Source: Escherichia phage UFV-AREG1
Sequence record: KX009778
Direction: 5' to 3' (one strand)
Length of the DNA: 64,000 nucleotides
The position numbers and the translations under genes were made by a program. Under the pieces are notes generated by a model. It was not told where the DNA came from, ran no database searches, and worked only from the letters and a program-made list of their open reading frames with translations. Below, piece after piece: positions 36,744-47,570 of the stretch (its first letter is position 1; every line of letters begins with the position of its first letter).

Positions 36744-37031
36744 TTACCATTTATGATAATACATATTTACAATGCATTCAAGACCTAAAGGATTCTTGAA
36801 AATATCATATTCAAGAGGACCTTTTTCTGTTTCAATAAAGAAATCAAAATTTACTGTATTAAATTTACGGTCTTCCTTCACTAATTTAACTTGAGAAGAT
36901 GAACGGTCAACATAAACCTTTTCAACTTCAAAACATGTTAAAATGCCATAATCATCGATCAAGGCTTTAGCTGCTTCTTGATCATATTTATATCCATTTT
37001 CAATTGACGATACTTTAGCATAAAGAATCAT
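36744..37031 (-). CDS. hypothetical protein (95 aa)
   Basis: ORF track. Confidence 0.55.
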   Translation of the reverse strand: MILYAKVSSIENGYKYDQEAAKALIDDYGILTCFEVEKVYVDRSSSQVKLVKEDRKFNTVNFDFFIETEKGPLEYDIFKNPLGLECIVNMYYHKW

Positions 37032-37033
37032 TA

Positions 37034-37423
37034 TCAGCCTTCATCAACAATAGTATGAGTGTGGGCATTTACAATTTGCCACCAATCAAAGCGATTATAA
37101 CCATACATCGGTTTGTTTTCATTTTCTTTGATAATATCACGGAGTTCATCTTCGGTAGCGGCTTTCGCGATTAAATCAGCATATCCACCACGAGGATAAT
37201 AATTATCACCTGCAAAAAGTAAAAAGTTCGGTTTAATATTATTGAACTCTTCAAGAGTAATAACTTTTCCTGTCGGTTGAACAATCTCTACATATTTATA
37301 TCCTAATTTTTGAGCAGCATCTACTGCTTCAAGCAAAGTATCATGAGCCCATCCAATTTGACAACCTGGCTTTTCAGATGGATTAGCCTGATAATCCGCG
37401 TACACTTTATACATTCTATTCAC
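37034..37423 (-). CDS. hypothetical protein (129 aa)
   Basis: ORF track. Confidence 0.6.
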   Translation of the reverse strand: MNRMYKVYADYQANPSEKPGCQIGWAHDTLLEAVDAAQKLGYKYVEIVQPTGKVITLEEFNNIKPNFLLFAGDNYYPRGGYADLIAKAATEDELRDIIKENENKPMYGYNRFDWWQIVNAHTHTIVDEG

Positions 37424-37601
37424 CTTTAGAAATTTTATCCATAACGATAGCGATTAAACCAATTAAAAATGCTACTACAAGTGAAAACACATTTTCTGCT
37501 GTAGTTAATAATCCGCATATAAATCCAGCAAACATTGAAAAACTAAAAGCAGAAGCAGAAATTGCAATAGCAACATTTCGAATTAATTCACAACGTTTCA
37601 T
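37416..37601 (-). CDS. small membrane protein
   Basis: ORF 37416..37670 trimmed to Met MKRCELIRN downstream of early promoter; hydrophobic helices. Confidence 0.5.
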   Translation of the reverse strand: MKRCELIRNVAIAISASAFSFSMFAGFICGLLTTAENVFSLVVAFLIGLIAIVMDKISKGE

Positions 37602-37629
37602 TTTATTCTCCTCAGTAGTTGATAGGGTA

Positions 37630-37659
37630 ATAGTATCACTACTAAAACCCAATGTAAAC
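37630..37659 (-). promoter_or_regulatory. Early promoter-stem-loop unit (IP locus)
   Basis: GTTTAC-18nt-TACTAT; -10 lies in loop of inverted repeat GTAGT/ACTAC. Confidence 0.6.
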
Positions 37660-37662
37660 AAT

Positions 37663-37887
37663 TTATTCAACGCCAGCGGCTTTCAAAAGTTTTTTAAGAT
37701 TGGCAACACCTTGAGCAGAAAATGTGACCTTGCCACCTTTTTCACTGATAGAACCAACCAATTTAGCAAGTTTATCATTAGGAATTTTTTTAAAATCAGC
37801 CAATGTTCCATCAAAGGTTTTTGAAACAAAAGGCAGTTCGTCTTCGCGTCTTTTAGCTTCTACAATAAATTCTTGATATGTTTTCAT
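37663..37887 (-). CDS. Head internal protein candidate with CTS (74 aa)
   Basis: N-terminus MKTYQEFIVEA; own early promoter-stem-loop upstream. Confidence 0.65.
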   Translation of the reverse strand: MKTYQEFIVEAKRREDELPFVSKTFDGTLADFKKIPNDKLAKLVGSISEKGGKVTFSAQGVANLKKLLKAAGVE

Positions 37888-37915
37888 TTTATTCTCCTCA
37901 GTAGTTGATAGGGTA

Positions 37916-37945
37916 ATAGTATCACTACCCCATCTAAAAGTAAAC
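37916..37945 (-). promoter_or_regulatory. Early promoter-stem-loop unit (IP locus)
   Basis: GTTTAC-18nt-TACTAT with flanking inverted repeat. Confidence 0.6.
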
Positions 37946-37955
37946 GGTTTATAAA

Positions 37956-38264
37956 CTATTTTATTCCGCGTGATGCAATTGTGTTCTGCCGTTTAACGCC
38001 AGTTTGTTTAAAGTCATGATTGTCGATTTGATCGGTACGAGCAACTCCGAATGATGATTTGATCTTAGCTTTAGATCCTTTAGTTATAGAAATAAACATC
38101 TCGGAAGCCCCTTTCTTAAAGTCCGAAGCGATTACTTCAACGCCGTTCTTAGCAAGTGACTTCAGAATTGCCTCTGCATACTCATCGTCAAGACTCGTCT
38201 GAGTATTAATAACGAATGTCTTTGGCGCAGCCGCTTCATTGATAAATTCTTTGAAAGTTTTCAT
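37956..38264 (-). CDS. Head internal protein candidate with CTS (102 aa)
   Basis: N-terminus MKTFKEFINEA; own early promoter-stem-loop upstream. Confidence 0.65.
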   Translation of the reverse strand: MKTFKEFINEAAAPKTFVINTQTSLDDEYAEAILKSLAKNGVEVIASDFKKGASEMFISITKGSKAKIKSSFGVARTDQIDNHDFKQTGVKRQNTIASRGIK

Positions 38265-38294
38265 TTTATTTTCCTAATTAAGTTTGATGAGATA

Positions 38295-38324
38295 ATAGTA
38301 TCACAACCCTATTTAAAAGTAAAC
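38295..38324 (-). promoter_or_regulatory. Early promoter-stem-loop unit (IP locus)
   Basis: GTTTAC-18nt-TACTAT. Confidence 0.6.
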
Positions 38325-38597
38325 TCATTTTAAATAAATTGCGTATTTTTTATAACCCGCTGACTCATGACGAAGACCCTTATCATTAGCAAAACGCTCA
38401 ATGTTGTTAATTTGATTCTGGTCAAGTTCAGAGATGTCAAACACGAAAAAGTTACGTTTGTTACCAACTGTTACATAGTCAGTTAAATCAATATCATATA
38501 GGTAATTGATGTCAGCAATCAAAGTCTTGACAGCTTTGCTAATTTTTACTTTTTCGTTAAAAGTAGCTTCATTGATAAATTCTTGATATGTTTTCAT
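38325..38597 (-). CDS. Head internal protein candidate with CTS (90 aa)
   Basis: N-terminus MKTYQEFINEA; own early promoter-stem-loop upstream. Confidence 0.65.
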   Translation of the reverse strand: MKTYQEFINEATFNEKVKISKAVKTLIADINYLYDIDLTDYVTVGNKRNFFVFDISELDQNQINNIERFANDKGLRHESAGYKKYAIYLK

Positions 38598-38624
38598 TTT
38601 ATTCTCCTCAGTAGTTGATAGGGT

Positions 38625-38655
38625 AATAATATCACAACTAAAACCCTATGTAAAT
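38625..38655 (-). promoter_or_regulatory. Early promoter-stem-loop unit (IP locus), variant
   Basis: ATTTAC then TATTAT-like -10; same leader as neighbours. Confidence 0.5.
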
Positions 38656-38673
38656 AACTTTGTGAAAAATTTA

Positions 38674-38961
38674 TTACAAAAGATTTTTAGCAATAATCTT
38701 GAGATGTGCCGCAGAAATGTGTTTAGCTTTAAACAACGCAGTTTCTTCAGCAGGAGAGATAACGATTGTAGCACCATCCTTTTTAGCAGACCACCCATCG
38801 CCTAGGTAAACAGTACCTTTGATTTCTTCGCCATCAACCAGACTAATCATTGGTTTACCTTCTCGTCCTTTATTTGCTTTAATAACTTCAGAAGTAAGAG
38901 TAGCTTCGGTAATAGTAGAAACCGGGGTAGTTGTAGAAGTAAATTCTTTGAAAGTTTTCAT
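38674..38961 (-). CDS. Head internal protein candidate with CTS (95 aa), at the position of T4 ipI
   Basis: N-terminus MKTFKEFTS...ITEA; immediately upstream of 57B as ipI is in T4; same length as pre-IPI but body not recognised as T4 IPI. Confidence 0.6.
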   Translation of the reverse strand: MKTFKEFTSTTTPVSTITEATLTSEVIKANKGREGKPMISLVDGEEIKGTVYLGDGWSAKKDGATIVISPAEETALFKAKHISAAHLKIIAKNLL

Positions 38962-38991
38962 TTTATTTTCCTAATTAATTTTGATGAGGTA

Positions 38992-39021
38992 ATAGTATCA
39001 CTACCTCATCAGTATGTAAAC
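38992..39021 (-). promoter_or_regulatory. Early promoter-stem-loop unit (IP locus)
   Basis: GTTTAC-18nt-TACTAT; -10 lies between 10-bp inverted repeat TGATGAGGTA/TACCTCATCA. Confidence 0.6.
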
Positions 39022-39033
39022 AACTTTGTGAAA

Positions 39034-39730
<697 letters not shown>

Positions 39731-39731
<1 letters not shown>

Positions 39732-40444
39732 TATAGTACCTTTAGTGTATTTTTAATTTTAGAAAAAAGTTCTTCAAGAGAACCATCGTTTGTAATTACT
39801 AAATCGCCACCACGAATTGGCAATCCAGCTTCTGTAATGTGTGTATCATTGGATTTTTGACCAGGACGAACTACATGAATTACTGTAGCACCCATCGCCC
39901 TAGCCGCATCCATTTCATGATCTTGACGAGTATCAGGAACGATATAATAATCATAACCTGAGTTAAATTTATCAAGATAATCTAAAGCAAATAATTTTAC
40001 CCAGTACATGCGGTCGAAGTTATTAACAATCAAATCCGTACCTAGGGCTTGCATCAGACGACGGACTGACCATTGATCTTCAATATTATTTATAACATCA
40101 GTAATTTTGTTAAATGTTACGAAATTAACTGCGTCATCAAAAACAAACACACCTTTAATTGGGCTTTTACTATTAAGATAGCAAAATGCTTGTTCCATAA
40201 TCGTAATTACTTCTAATTTAGTCAGATTTAAATTAGTTTCACGATCATAGTCAATTCCTTCAAACTCTTTACGAGTTAAACAAGGATAGTCAGTGTTTGC
40301 TGCAAATACACCCCATGCATAAGCCAATGCATCCTTAATAGGACCAGCAAGTTGATATTTAACTGCAGAATAATTGCTCATGATAAAATCAGCAGTAGTA
40401 TCTTTTCCACTACGCTTTACACCGCTTAAAAAGATTAGTTTCAT
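39731..40444 (-). CDS. 1: Deoxynucleoside monophosphate kinase gp1
   Basis: ORF trimmed to MKLIFLSGVKRSGKDTTADF with P-loop; 237 aa from this start; matches recalled T4 gp1. Confidence 0.88.
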
Positions 40445-40493
40445 GTGTTTCTCCTCAAATTTAATTAAGATTATAACACACAAAACTGAAGCA

Positions 40494-41024
40494 TTAAACT
40501 TCTGCTATAATTTTTCCATCTTTTTCTACTTGAAAATAGGTGTAAGGAATCGTTGCAGTACATACTAAAGCCGGGTCTGAATCTTCCGTATAGCTAAATT
40601 CTACTTCAGACAGGTCAGAAACCCAAGGCTTATAAAAATTTATTGACATCACGATTTCAGTTTTGCTATTATCTAAGATGTAAAGCGTAATGTACTCAGG
40701 ACCTGTTTTTTGGGCAGTATTTTCACCTGTAAGATAGTTGCTAGTTCCTAGCATCCATTCATACATTCCTATCCACGACTTAAGTTCTTCATCGACTATA
40801 AATCTCACAATGAGTGGATCATACTCAAATGTAACTCCTGGACGCTGTGCTCGGCCTAGTCCAAACGGCCCAGTCACGGTATCAGTAACAGGTATCCTAA
40901 TTCCTGGAATAGGAACTGACTGAGCATTTAAAGTAAAAGCAGATGTAGTATTACTATGCGGTATTGATACTACAAAGTTAGTTGTATTTGCTTGATTAAA
41001 AATTTGTTGCAATGCTTGCGACAT
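40494..41024 (-). CDS. 3: Tail completion and sheath stabiliser protein gp3
   Basis: 176 aa from ATG at 41024 (GAGGAA SD); order 1-3-2-4-53 and size match T4. Confidence 0.8.
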   Translation of the reverse strand: MSQALQQIFNQANTTNFVVSIPHSNTTSAFTLNAQSVPIPGIRIPVTDTVTGPFGLGRAQRPGVTFEYDPLIVRFIVDEELKSWIGMYEWMLGTSNYLTGENTAQKTGPEYITLYILDNSKTEIVMSINFYKPWVSDLSEVEFSYTEDSDPALVCTATIPYTYFQVEKDGKIIAEV

Positions 41025-41130
41025 ATATTCCTCATAATGCTTTATAAGTGTTGGTGGTATAATGGGTCTAAGTCCCTTCCATTCAATTCCAATTAGAACA
41101 AACAATAGAAAAGAATGGAAGATAATAGAA

Positions 41131-41955
41131 TTAAATATTTGACCAGACTTTGTTTGCAGAGAAACGTTTTCCTTTTGAAACGAACTGCTGAAGTGGCATC
41201 AACACAACGTTCGCCCAGTCTTTCGGGGCGATTTCAACAAGGCTACCCATAATATTACCGGGTATATATGCCTTAATCATTTGGTCTGCACCCCTAAATC
41301 CTTTCACTTGACTCCAATCAATTTTTAATTTCGTTTTATTAGTAATAGTAGGTGTATTTGAGTATTGCTTTAAAAGCTCTTCTAGAAATTGCTGACGAGC
41401 TTTAGGTGGAATATAGTGCAAGTTCAATCCGTACATTAAATTATGCTTACCTAAACCAAGGTAAATTATCAAAGGAAATTTATCCCAGTAAGGAAGAGTT
41501 TCCTTGTGTTTAGCATCATAAGCAAAAGCATATATTCGCCCCGGCTGCGGGCGAACAACTTTATGTCCTTTTACTTGCTTAATAGTTTCAGCAAACCACT
41601 TTCTGGTTTTATTATTAATTGCTGCGCCTTCATTACGAATTTTATCACGCAATGTTTGCCTGAATGAATTTATCATAAGCAGTTGTCTTTCTTGCTTATT
41701 GAGTTTATTCATTGGTTTTGATTCAAGCTTTTGAATCTTTTCAGCCGTTTTAATTCCTGAAGCATATTTTGACATTGCCGAAGTAAACGTAGAGTATTTG
41801 ATTCCTCTTTCTTCAGCAAATTGCTTTCCTGTCATTCCTTTTGCTTTGGCCTTTTTATATTCAAGACCTATCTGAATCCATTTCTTTTCGTTTAATGATT
41901 GCTTAACCTTTGGAACTTGGGGAGTGCTTTCATTAATTATTTGAAAAATAGCCAT
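41131..41955 (-). CDS. 2: DNA end protector protein gp2
   Basis: 274-aa ORF; size and order match T4 gp2. Confidence 0.8.
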   Translation of the reverse strand: MAIFQIINESTPQVPKVKQSLNEKKWIQIGLEYKKAKAKGMTGKQFAEERGIKYSTFTSAMSKYASGIKTAEKIQKLESKPMNKLNKQERQLLMINSFRQTLRDKIRNEGAAINNKTRKWFAETIKQVKGHKVVRPQPGRIYAFAYDAKHKETLPYWDKFPLIIYLGLGKHNLMYGLNLHYIPPKARQQFLEELLKQYSNTPTITNKTKLKIDWSQVKGFRGADQMIKAYIPGNIMGSLVEIAPKDWANVVLMPLQQFVSKGKRFSANKVWSNI

Positions 41956-42407
41956 TATGCCCCCTTAAAGCCAAGAGCTCGTAATCCATCTTCTGTCAGA
42001 ATTCTAAATTTTATTCCACGCTTTTCAGCTAAAGCTTGCGCTGCTTTCCATTTGTCGGTATTAACGGAATATGTATAAATTTCATTCATAAATCTTTTCT
42101 TCGCTGCAGTTGTTAGATGTGCTGGTTTAACTGGTGGTTGTGTTTCTTTTTTAGGTTTTATTTCAATAAAAAATTCTTGTCCAGAAGAATCTTTCATCCA
42201 AATATCCATGAAGTATCTACGTTTTTTCCCTTCTGCATTACAAAAATAAGGAATTACTGCTGTTTCACTACCCCATGCAATAATTTCTGGATTTTTATCT
42301 AACCATTCAAAAAAGAATTTTTCCCAATTTGATCTATACGTAATTTTTTTAGGGTCACCTCTATATTTTGATATATTTTTAGGAACCCATTTTCCAGAAT
42401 ATGCCAT
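41955..42407 (-). CDS. 4: Head completion protein gp4
   Basis: 150-aa ORF; late promoter on minus strand 27 nt upstream; size and order match T4 gp4. Confidence 0.8.
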   Translation of the reverse strand: MAYSGKWVPKNISKYRGDPKKITYRSNWEKFFFEWLDKNPEIIAWGSETAVIPYFCNAEGKKRRYFMDIWMKDSSGQEFFIEIKPKKETQPPVKPAHLTTAAKKRFMNEIYTYSVNTDKWKAAQALAEKRGIKFRILTEDGLRALGFKGA

Positions 42408-42418
42408 TGGATTCTCCT

Positions 42419-42426
42419 TATAAATA
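42419..42426 (+). promoter_or_regulatory. Late promoter (TATAAATA) for gene 53 operon
   Basis: Exact TATAAATA 29 nt upstream of gene 53 ATG. Confidence 0.7.
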
Positions 42427-42433
42427 GATAATA

Positions 42434-42441
42434 TATTTATA
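42434..42441 (-). promoter_or_regulatory. Late promoter (TATAAATA) for gene 4/2 operon, divergent from gene 53 promoter
   Basis: Exact TATAAATA on minus strand 27 nt upstream of gene 4 ATG. Confidence 0.7.
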
Positions 42442-42454
42442 AACAGGAGGGCCC

Positions 42455-43045
42455 ATGCTCTTTACATTTTTTGATCCGATTGAATATGCGGCCAAAACGG
42501 TGAATAAAAACGCGCCGACTATTCCTATGACAGATATTTTTAGAAACTATAAAGACTATTTTAAACGCGCTCTTGCGGGATACCGCTTACGTACTTATTA
42601 TATCAAAGGTTCACCACGCCCGGAAGAATTAGCAAATACTATATATGGAAATCCACAGTTGTATTGGGTTTTATTGATGTGTAATGATAATTATGACCCG
42701 TATTATGGATGGATTACTTCACAAGAAGCTGCTTATCAAGCATCTATACAAAAATACAAAAATGTAGGTGGAGACCAAATAGTATATCATGTGAATGAGA
42801 ATGGTGAAAAATTTTATAATTTAGTATCATACGATGATAATCCATATGTTTGGTATGACAAAGGCGATAAAGCTAGAAAATATCCTCAATATGAAGGAGC
42901 ACTTGCTGCTGTTAATACGTATGAAGATGCTGTTCTTGAAAATGAAAAACTTCGTCAAATAAAAATAATAGCAAAATCAGACATCAATTCATTTATGAAC
43001 GACCTTATACGTATAATGGAGAAATCTTATGGAAATGATAAGTAA
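42455..43045 (+). CDS. 53: Baseplate wedge protein gp53
   Basis: 196-aa ORF; late promoter TATAAATA upstream; size and order match T4 gp53. Confidence 0.88.
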   Translation: MLFTFFDPIEYAAKTVNKNAPTIPMTDIFRNYKDYFKRALAGYRLRTYYIKGSPRPEELANTIYGNPQLYWVLLMCNDNYDPYYGWITSQEAAYQASIQKYKNVGGDQIVYHVNENGEKFYNLVSYDDNPYVWYDKGDKARKYPQYEGALAAVNTYEDAVLENEKLRQIKIIAKSDINSFMNDLIRIMEKSYGNDK

Positions 43046-44756
43046 TAACCTTAATTGGTTTGTTGGTGTTGTTGAAGATAGAATGGACCCATTAAAATTA
43101 GGTCGTGTTCGTGTTCGTGTGGTTGGTCTGCATCCACCACAAAGAGCACAAGGTGATGTAATGGGTATTCCAACTGAAAAATTGCCATGGATGTCAGTTA
43201 TTCAGCCTATAACTTCGGCAGCTATGTCTGGAATTGGAGGTTCTGTTACTGGACCGGTAGAAGGAACTAGAGTTTATGGTCATTTTTTAGACAAATGGAA
43301 AACTAACGGAATTGTCCTTGGAACGTATGGTGGAATAGTTCGCGAAAAACCGAATAGACTTGAAGGATTTTCTGACCCAACTGGGCAGTATCCTAGACGT
43401 TTAGGAAATGATACTAACGTACTAAACCAAGGCGGAGAAGTAGGATATGATTCGTCTTCTAACATTATCCAAGATAGTAACTTAGACACTGCAATAAATC
43501 CTGATGATAGACCACTATCAGAGATTCCAACTGATGATAATCCAAATATGTCAATGGCTGAAATGCTTCGCCGTGATGAAGGATTAAGACTAAAAGTTTA
43601 TTGGGATACCGAAGGATATCCGACAATTGGTATTGGTCATCTTATCATGAAGCAGCCAGTTCGTGATATGGCTCAAATTAATAAAGTTTTATCGAAACAA
43701 GTTGGTCGTGAAATTACTGGAAACCCAGGTTCTATTACAATGGAAGAAGCGGTAACTTTATTTGAACGTGATTTAGCTGATATGCAACGTGACATTAAAT
43801 CACATTCTAAAGTTGGCCCAGTTTGGAAAGCAGTTAATCGTTCTCGTCAAATGGCGTTAGAAAATATGGCATTTCAGATGGGTGTTGGTGGTGTAGCTAA
43901 ATTTAACACAATGTTAACTGCTATGTTAGCAGGAGATTGGGAAAAAGCATATAAAGCCGGTCGTGATTCATTGTGGTATCAACAAACAAAAGGCCGTGCA
44001 TCCCGTGTTACCATGATTATTCTTACGGGAAATTTGGAATCATACGGTGTTGAAGTGAAAACCCCAGCTAGGTCTCTATCAGCAATGGCTGCTACTGTAG
44101 CTAAATCTTCTGACCCTGCTGACCCTCCTATTCCAAATGACTCGAGAATTTTATTCAAAGAACCAGTTTCTTCATATAAAGGCGAATATCCTTATGTGCA
44201 TACAATGGAAACTGAAAGTGGACATATTCAGGAATTTGATGATACCCCTGGGCAAGAACGATACAGATTAGTTCATCCAACTGGAACTTATGAAGAAGTA
44301 TCACCGTCAGGGAGAAGAACAAGAAAAACTGTTGATAATTTGTATGATATAACCAACGCTGATGGTAATTTTTTGGTAGCCGGTGATAAAAAGACTAACG
44401 TCGGTGGATCAGAAATTTATTACAACATGGATAATCGTCTTCACCAAATAGATGGAAGCAATACAATATTTGTTCGAGGCGATGAAACTAAGACGGTTGA
44501 AGGTAATGGAACTATCCTAGTCAAAGGTAATGTTACTATTGTAGTTGAAGGTAATGCTGACATTACAGTTAAAGGAGATGCTACCACTTTAGTTGAAGGA
44601 AATCAAACTAATACAGTAAATGGAAATCTTTCTTGGAAAGTTGCTGGGACAGTTGATTGGGACGTTGGTGGTGATTGGACAGAAAAAATGGCATCTATGA
44701 GTTCTATTTCATCTGGTCAATACACAATTGATGGATCGAGGATTGACATTGGCTAA
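43029..44756 (+). CDS. 5: Baseplate hub and tail lysozyme gp5
   Basis: 575-aa ORF MEMISNNLNWFVGVVED; internal lysozyme domain MAEMLRRDEGLRLKVYWDTEGYPTIGIGHL; C-terminal VxGxxT beta-helix repeats. Confidence 0.93.
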   Translation: MEMISNNLNWFVGVVEDRMDPLKLGRVRVRVVGLHPPQRAQGDVMGIPTEKLPWMSVIQPITSAAMSGIGGSVTGPVEGTRVYGHFLDKWKTNGIVLGTYGGIVREKPNRLEGFSDPTGQYPRRLGNDTNVLNQGGEVGYDSSSNIIQDSNLDTAINPDDRPLSEIPTDDNPNMSMAEMLRRDEGLRLKVYWDTEGYPTIGIGHLIMKQPVRDMAQINKVLSKQVGREITGNPGSITMEEAVTLFERDLADMQRDIKSHSKVGPVWKAVNRSRQMALENMAFQMGVGGVAKFNTMLTAMLAGDWEKAYKAGRDSLWYQQTKGRASRVTMIILTGNLESYGVEVKTPARSLSAMAATVAKSSDPADPPIPNDSRILFKEPVSSYKGEYPYVHTMETESGHIQEFDDTPGQERYRLVHPTGTYEEVSPSGRRTRKTVDNLYDITNADGNFLVAGDKKTNVGGSEIYYNMDNRLHQIDGSNTIFVRGDETKTVEGNGTILVKGNVTIVVEGNADITVKGDATTLVEGNQTNTVNGNLSWKVAGTVDWDVGGDWTEKMASMSSISSGQYTIDGSRIDIG

Positions 44757-45285
44757 TATACTTCCAATGAGCGCTGATTTAGGAGAATCCATGGAAGGTT
44801 CTTCTATCGACGTCACCTTTACCGCTCAATTAGAAACAGGTGAAACGTTAGTATCTATAAATATAACTAGTTACGAAGAAACTCCTGGGGTTTTAGTAGA
44901 AGAAAATCGTTTATATGGAACGTATGAATCTGTATTTGGATTTGGAAATGACGCGTTGAAATATCGTTTAGGTGATGAATTTAAAACTGCTGCTTCATGG
45001 GAAGAACTTCCTACTGATTCTGACACTCAGTTGTATTTGTGGAAAGCTCCTCAAAATCTCCAGAAGACATTCACTTACGAAGTAACATTAATATATGACT
45101 ACCAAGAACAAAGTGAATCTGGAGGTTCTGGCAGTAATTCTAGGTCATCTTCTGATACTACTGAACCAACAGATCCTCCTGCTCCAGTAAGAAAAACTCT
45201 CGTTAAAAATTATACTAAAACTATAGTTGGAAATTGGAGTCGTTGGGCTAATAAATTAAGAAGCTATGTGTATGAGAGGTCATAG
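44731..45285 (+). CDS. 5.1: gp5.1-like protein
   Basis: ORF between gene 5 and 5.4; start uncertain (ATG 44731 or 44767). Confidence 0.6.
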
Positions 45286-45579
45286 ATGTCAGGATTAAGT
45301 TATGATAAATGTGTTACTGCTGGTCATGAAGCATGGCCTCCAACAGTTGTGAATGCTACACAAAGTAAAGTATTCACTGGAGGAATTGCTGTTCTCGTAG
45401 CAGGTGATCCAATTACAGAACATACAGAAATTAAAAAGCCATATGAAACACATGGCGGAGTGACACAACCTAGAACTTCTAAGGTATATGTCACTGGAAA
45501 GAAAGCTGTTCAAATGGCTGATCCAATATCATGCGGTGATACTGTGGCTCAGGCATCATCTAAAGTATTCATTAAATAG
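45286..45579 (+). CDS. 5.4: Baseplate spike tip protein gp5.4 (PAAR-repeat)
   Basis: 97-aa [22 protein letters not shown]; size and position match T4 gp5.4. Confidence 0.85.
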
Positions 45580-45587
45580 GATTTAAA

Positions 45588-47570
45588 ATGGCAAATACCC
45601 CTGTAAATTATCAATTAACAAGAACAGCAAATGCTATTCCCGAGATATTCGTCGGGGGTACGTTTGCTGAAATAAAACAAAACCTCATTGAATGGCTTAA
45701 TGGCCAAAATGAATTTTTGGATTATGATTTTGAAGGCTCAAGATTAAACGTTCTGTGTGACCTTTTGGCTTATAATACATTGTACATTCAACAATTTGGT
45801 AATGCTGCTGTGTATGAAAGCTTTATGCGTACTGCTAACTTACGAAGTTCAGTTGTTCAAGCTGCACAAGATAACGGATATTTACCTACTTCAAAATCCG
45901 CTGCGCAGACCGAAATTATGTTAACATGCACCGACGCATTGAATAGGAATTACATTACAATTCCTCGTGGAACTCGCTTTTTAGCATATGCAAAAGATAC
46001 TTCTGTTAATCCATATAACTTCGTTTCTACCGAAGACGTTATTGCTATTCGTGATAAAAATAACCAATATTTTCCACGTTTAAAATTGGCTCAGGGACGT
46101 ATAGTAAGAACTGAAATCATTTATGATAAATTAACACCTATTATCATTTATGATAAAAATATTGATAGAAACCAGGTTAAATTATATGTTGATGGAGCGG
46201 AATGGATTAACTGGACAAGAAAGTCAATGGTTCATGCTGGTTCAACATCAACGATTTACTATATGCGTGAAACTATTGATGGAAACACTGAATTCTATTT
46301 TGGCGAAGGTGAAATTTCTGTTAATGCTTCTGAAGGAGCTTTGACCGCTAATTATATCGGAGGTCTTAAACCTACTCAGAACTCTACGATTGTTATTGAG
46401 TACATCAGTACTAATGGTGCTGACGCGAACGGAGCAGTCGGATTTTCATACGCAGATACATTAACAAATATAACTGTCATCAATATTAATGAAAATCCAA
46501 ACGATGACCCAGATTTTGTTGGGGCAGATGGTGGTGGTGATCCAGAAGATATTGAGCGTATCCGCGAATTGGGTACTATTAAACGCGAAACCCAGCAACG
46601 ATGCGTAACTGCGACTGACTATGATACATTCGTTTCAGAGAGATTTGGTTCTATTATTCAAGCCGTTCAGACTTTCACTGATTCTACTAAACCTGGATAT
46701 GCATTTATTGCTGCTAAACCTAAATCAGGATTGTATTTAACTACTGTGCAGCGTGAAGATATTAAAAATTATCTCAAAGACTATAATTTAGCTCCTATTA
46801 CGCCATCAATTATTTCTCCTAATTATCTTTTTATTAAGACTAATTTAAAAGTCACATATGCTTTAAATAAGCTGCAAGAATCTGAACAGTGGCTTGAAGG
46901 TCAAATAATTGATAAAATTGACCGCTATTATACTGAAGATGTAGAAATTTTTAACTCGTCTTTTGCCAAGTCTAAGATGTTAACTTATGTAGATGATGCA
47001 GATCATTCTATCATTGGTTCATCAGCGACTATTCAAATGGTTCGTGAAGTACAAAATTTCTATAAAACTCCTGAAGCGGGTATTAAATACAATAATCAAA
47101 TAAAAGACCGTTCTATGGAATCTAATACGTTTTCATTTAATTCTGGACGAAAAGTTGTAAATCCTGATACTGGTTTAGAAGAAGATGTATTATATGACGT
47201 TCGCATAGTATCAACAGACCGAGATTCTAAAGGAATTGGTAAAGTTATTATTGGTCCATTTGCTTCTGGCGATGTTACAGAAAATGAAAACATTCAGCCA
47301 TATACAGGCAATGATTTTAATAAATTAGCAAATTCTGATGGACGCGACAAATACTATGTTATCGGTGAAATAAATTATCCAGCTGATGTGATTTATTGGA
47401 ATATCGCTAAAATTAATTTAACATCTGAAAAATTTGAAGTTCAGACTATTGAATTATATTCTGACCCAACCGATGATGTTATCTTTACTCGCGATGGTTC
47501 ACTGATTGTATTTGAAAATGACTTACGTCCACAATACTTAACTATCGATTTGGAGCCTATATCACAATGA
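45588..47570 (+). CDS. 6: Baseplate wedge protein gp6
   Basis: 660-aa ORF; size and order match T4 gp6. Confidence 0.9.
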   Translation: MANTPVNYQLTRTANAIPEIFVGGTFAEIKQNLIEWLNGQNEFLDYDFEGSRLNVLCDLLAYNTLYIQQFGNAAVYESFMRTANLRSSVVQAAQDNGYLPTSKSAAQTEIMLTCTDALNRNYITIPRGTRFLAYAKDTSVNPYNFVSTEDVIAIRDKNNQYFPRLKLAQGRIVRTEIIYDKLTPIIIYDKNIDRNQVKLYVDGAEWINWTRKSMVHAGSTSTIYYMRETIDGNTEFYFGEGEISVNASEGALTANYIGGLKPTQNSTIVIEYISTNGADANGAVGFSYADTLTNITVININENPNDDPDFVGADGGGDPEDIERIRELGTIKRETQQRCVTATDYDTFVSERFGSIIQAVQTFTDSTKPGYAFIAAKPKSGLYLTTVQREDIKNYLKDYNLAPITPSIISPNYLFIKTNLKVTYALNKLQESEQWLEGQIIDKIDRYYTEDVEIFNSSFAKSKMLTYVDDADHSIIGSSATIQMVREVQNFYKTPEAGIKYNNQIKDRSMESNTFSFNSGRKVVNPDTGLEEDVLYDVRIVSTDRDSKGIGKVIIGPFASGDVTENENIQPYTGNDFNKLANSDGRDKYYVIGEINYPADVIYWNIAKINLTSEKFEVQTIELYSDPTDDVIFTRDGSLIVFENDLRPQYLTIDLEPISQ

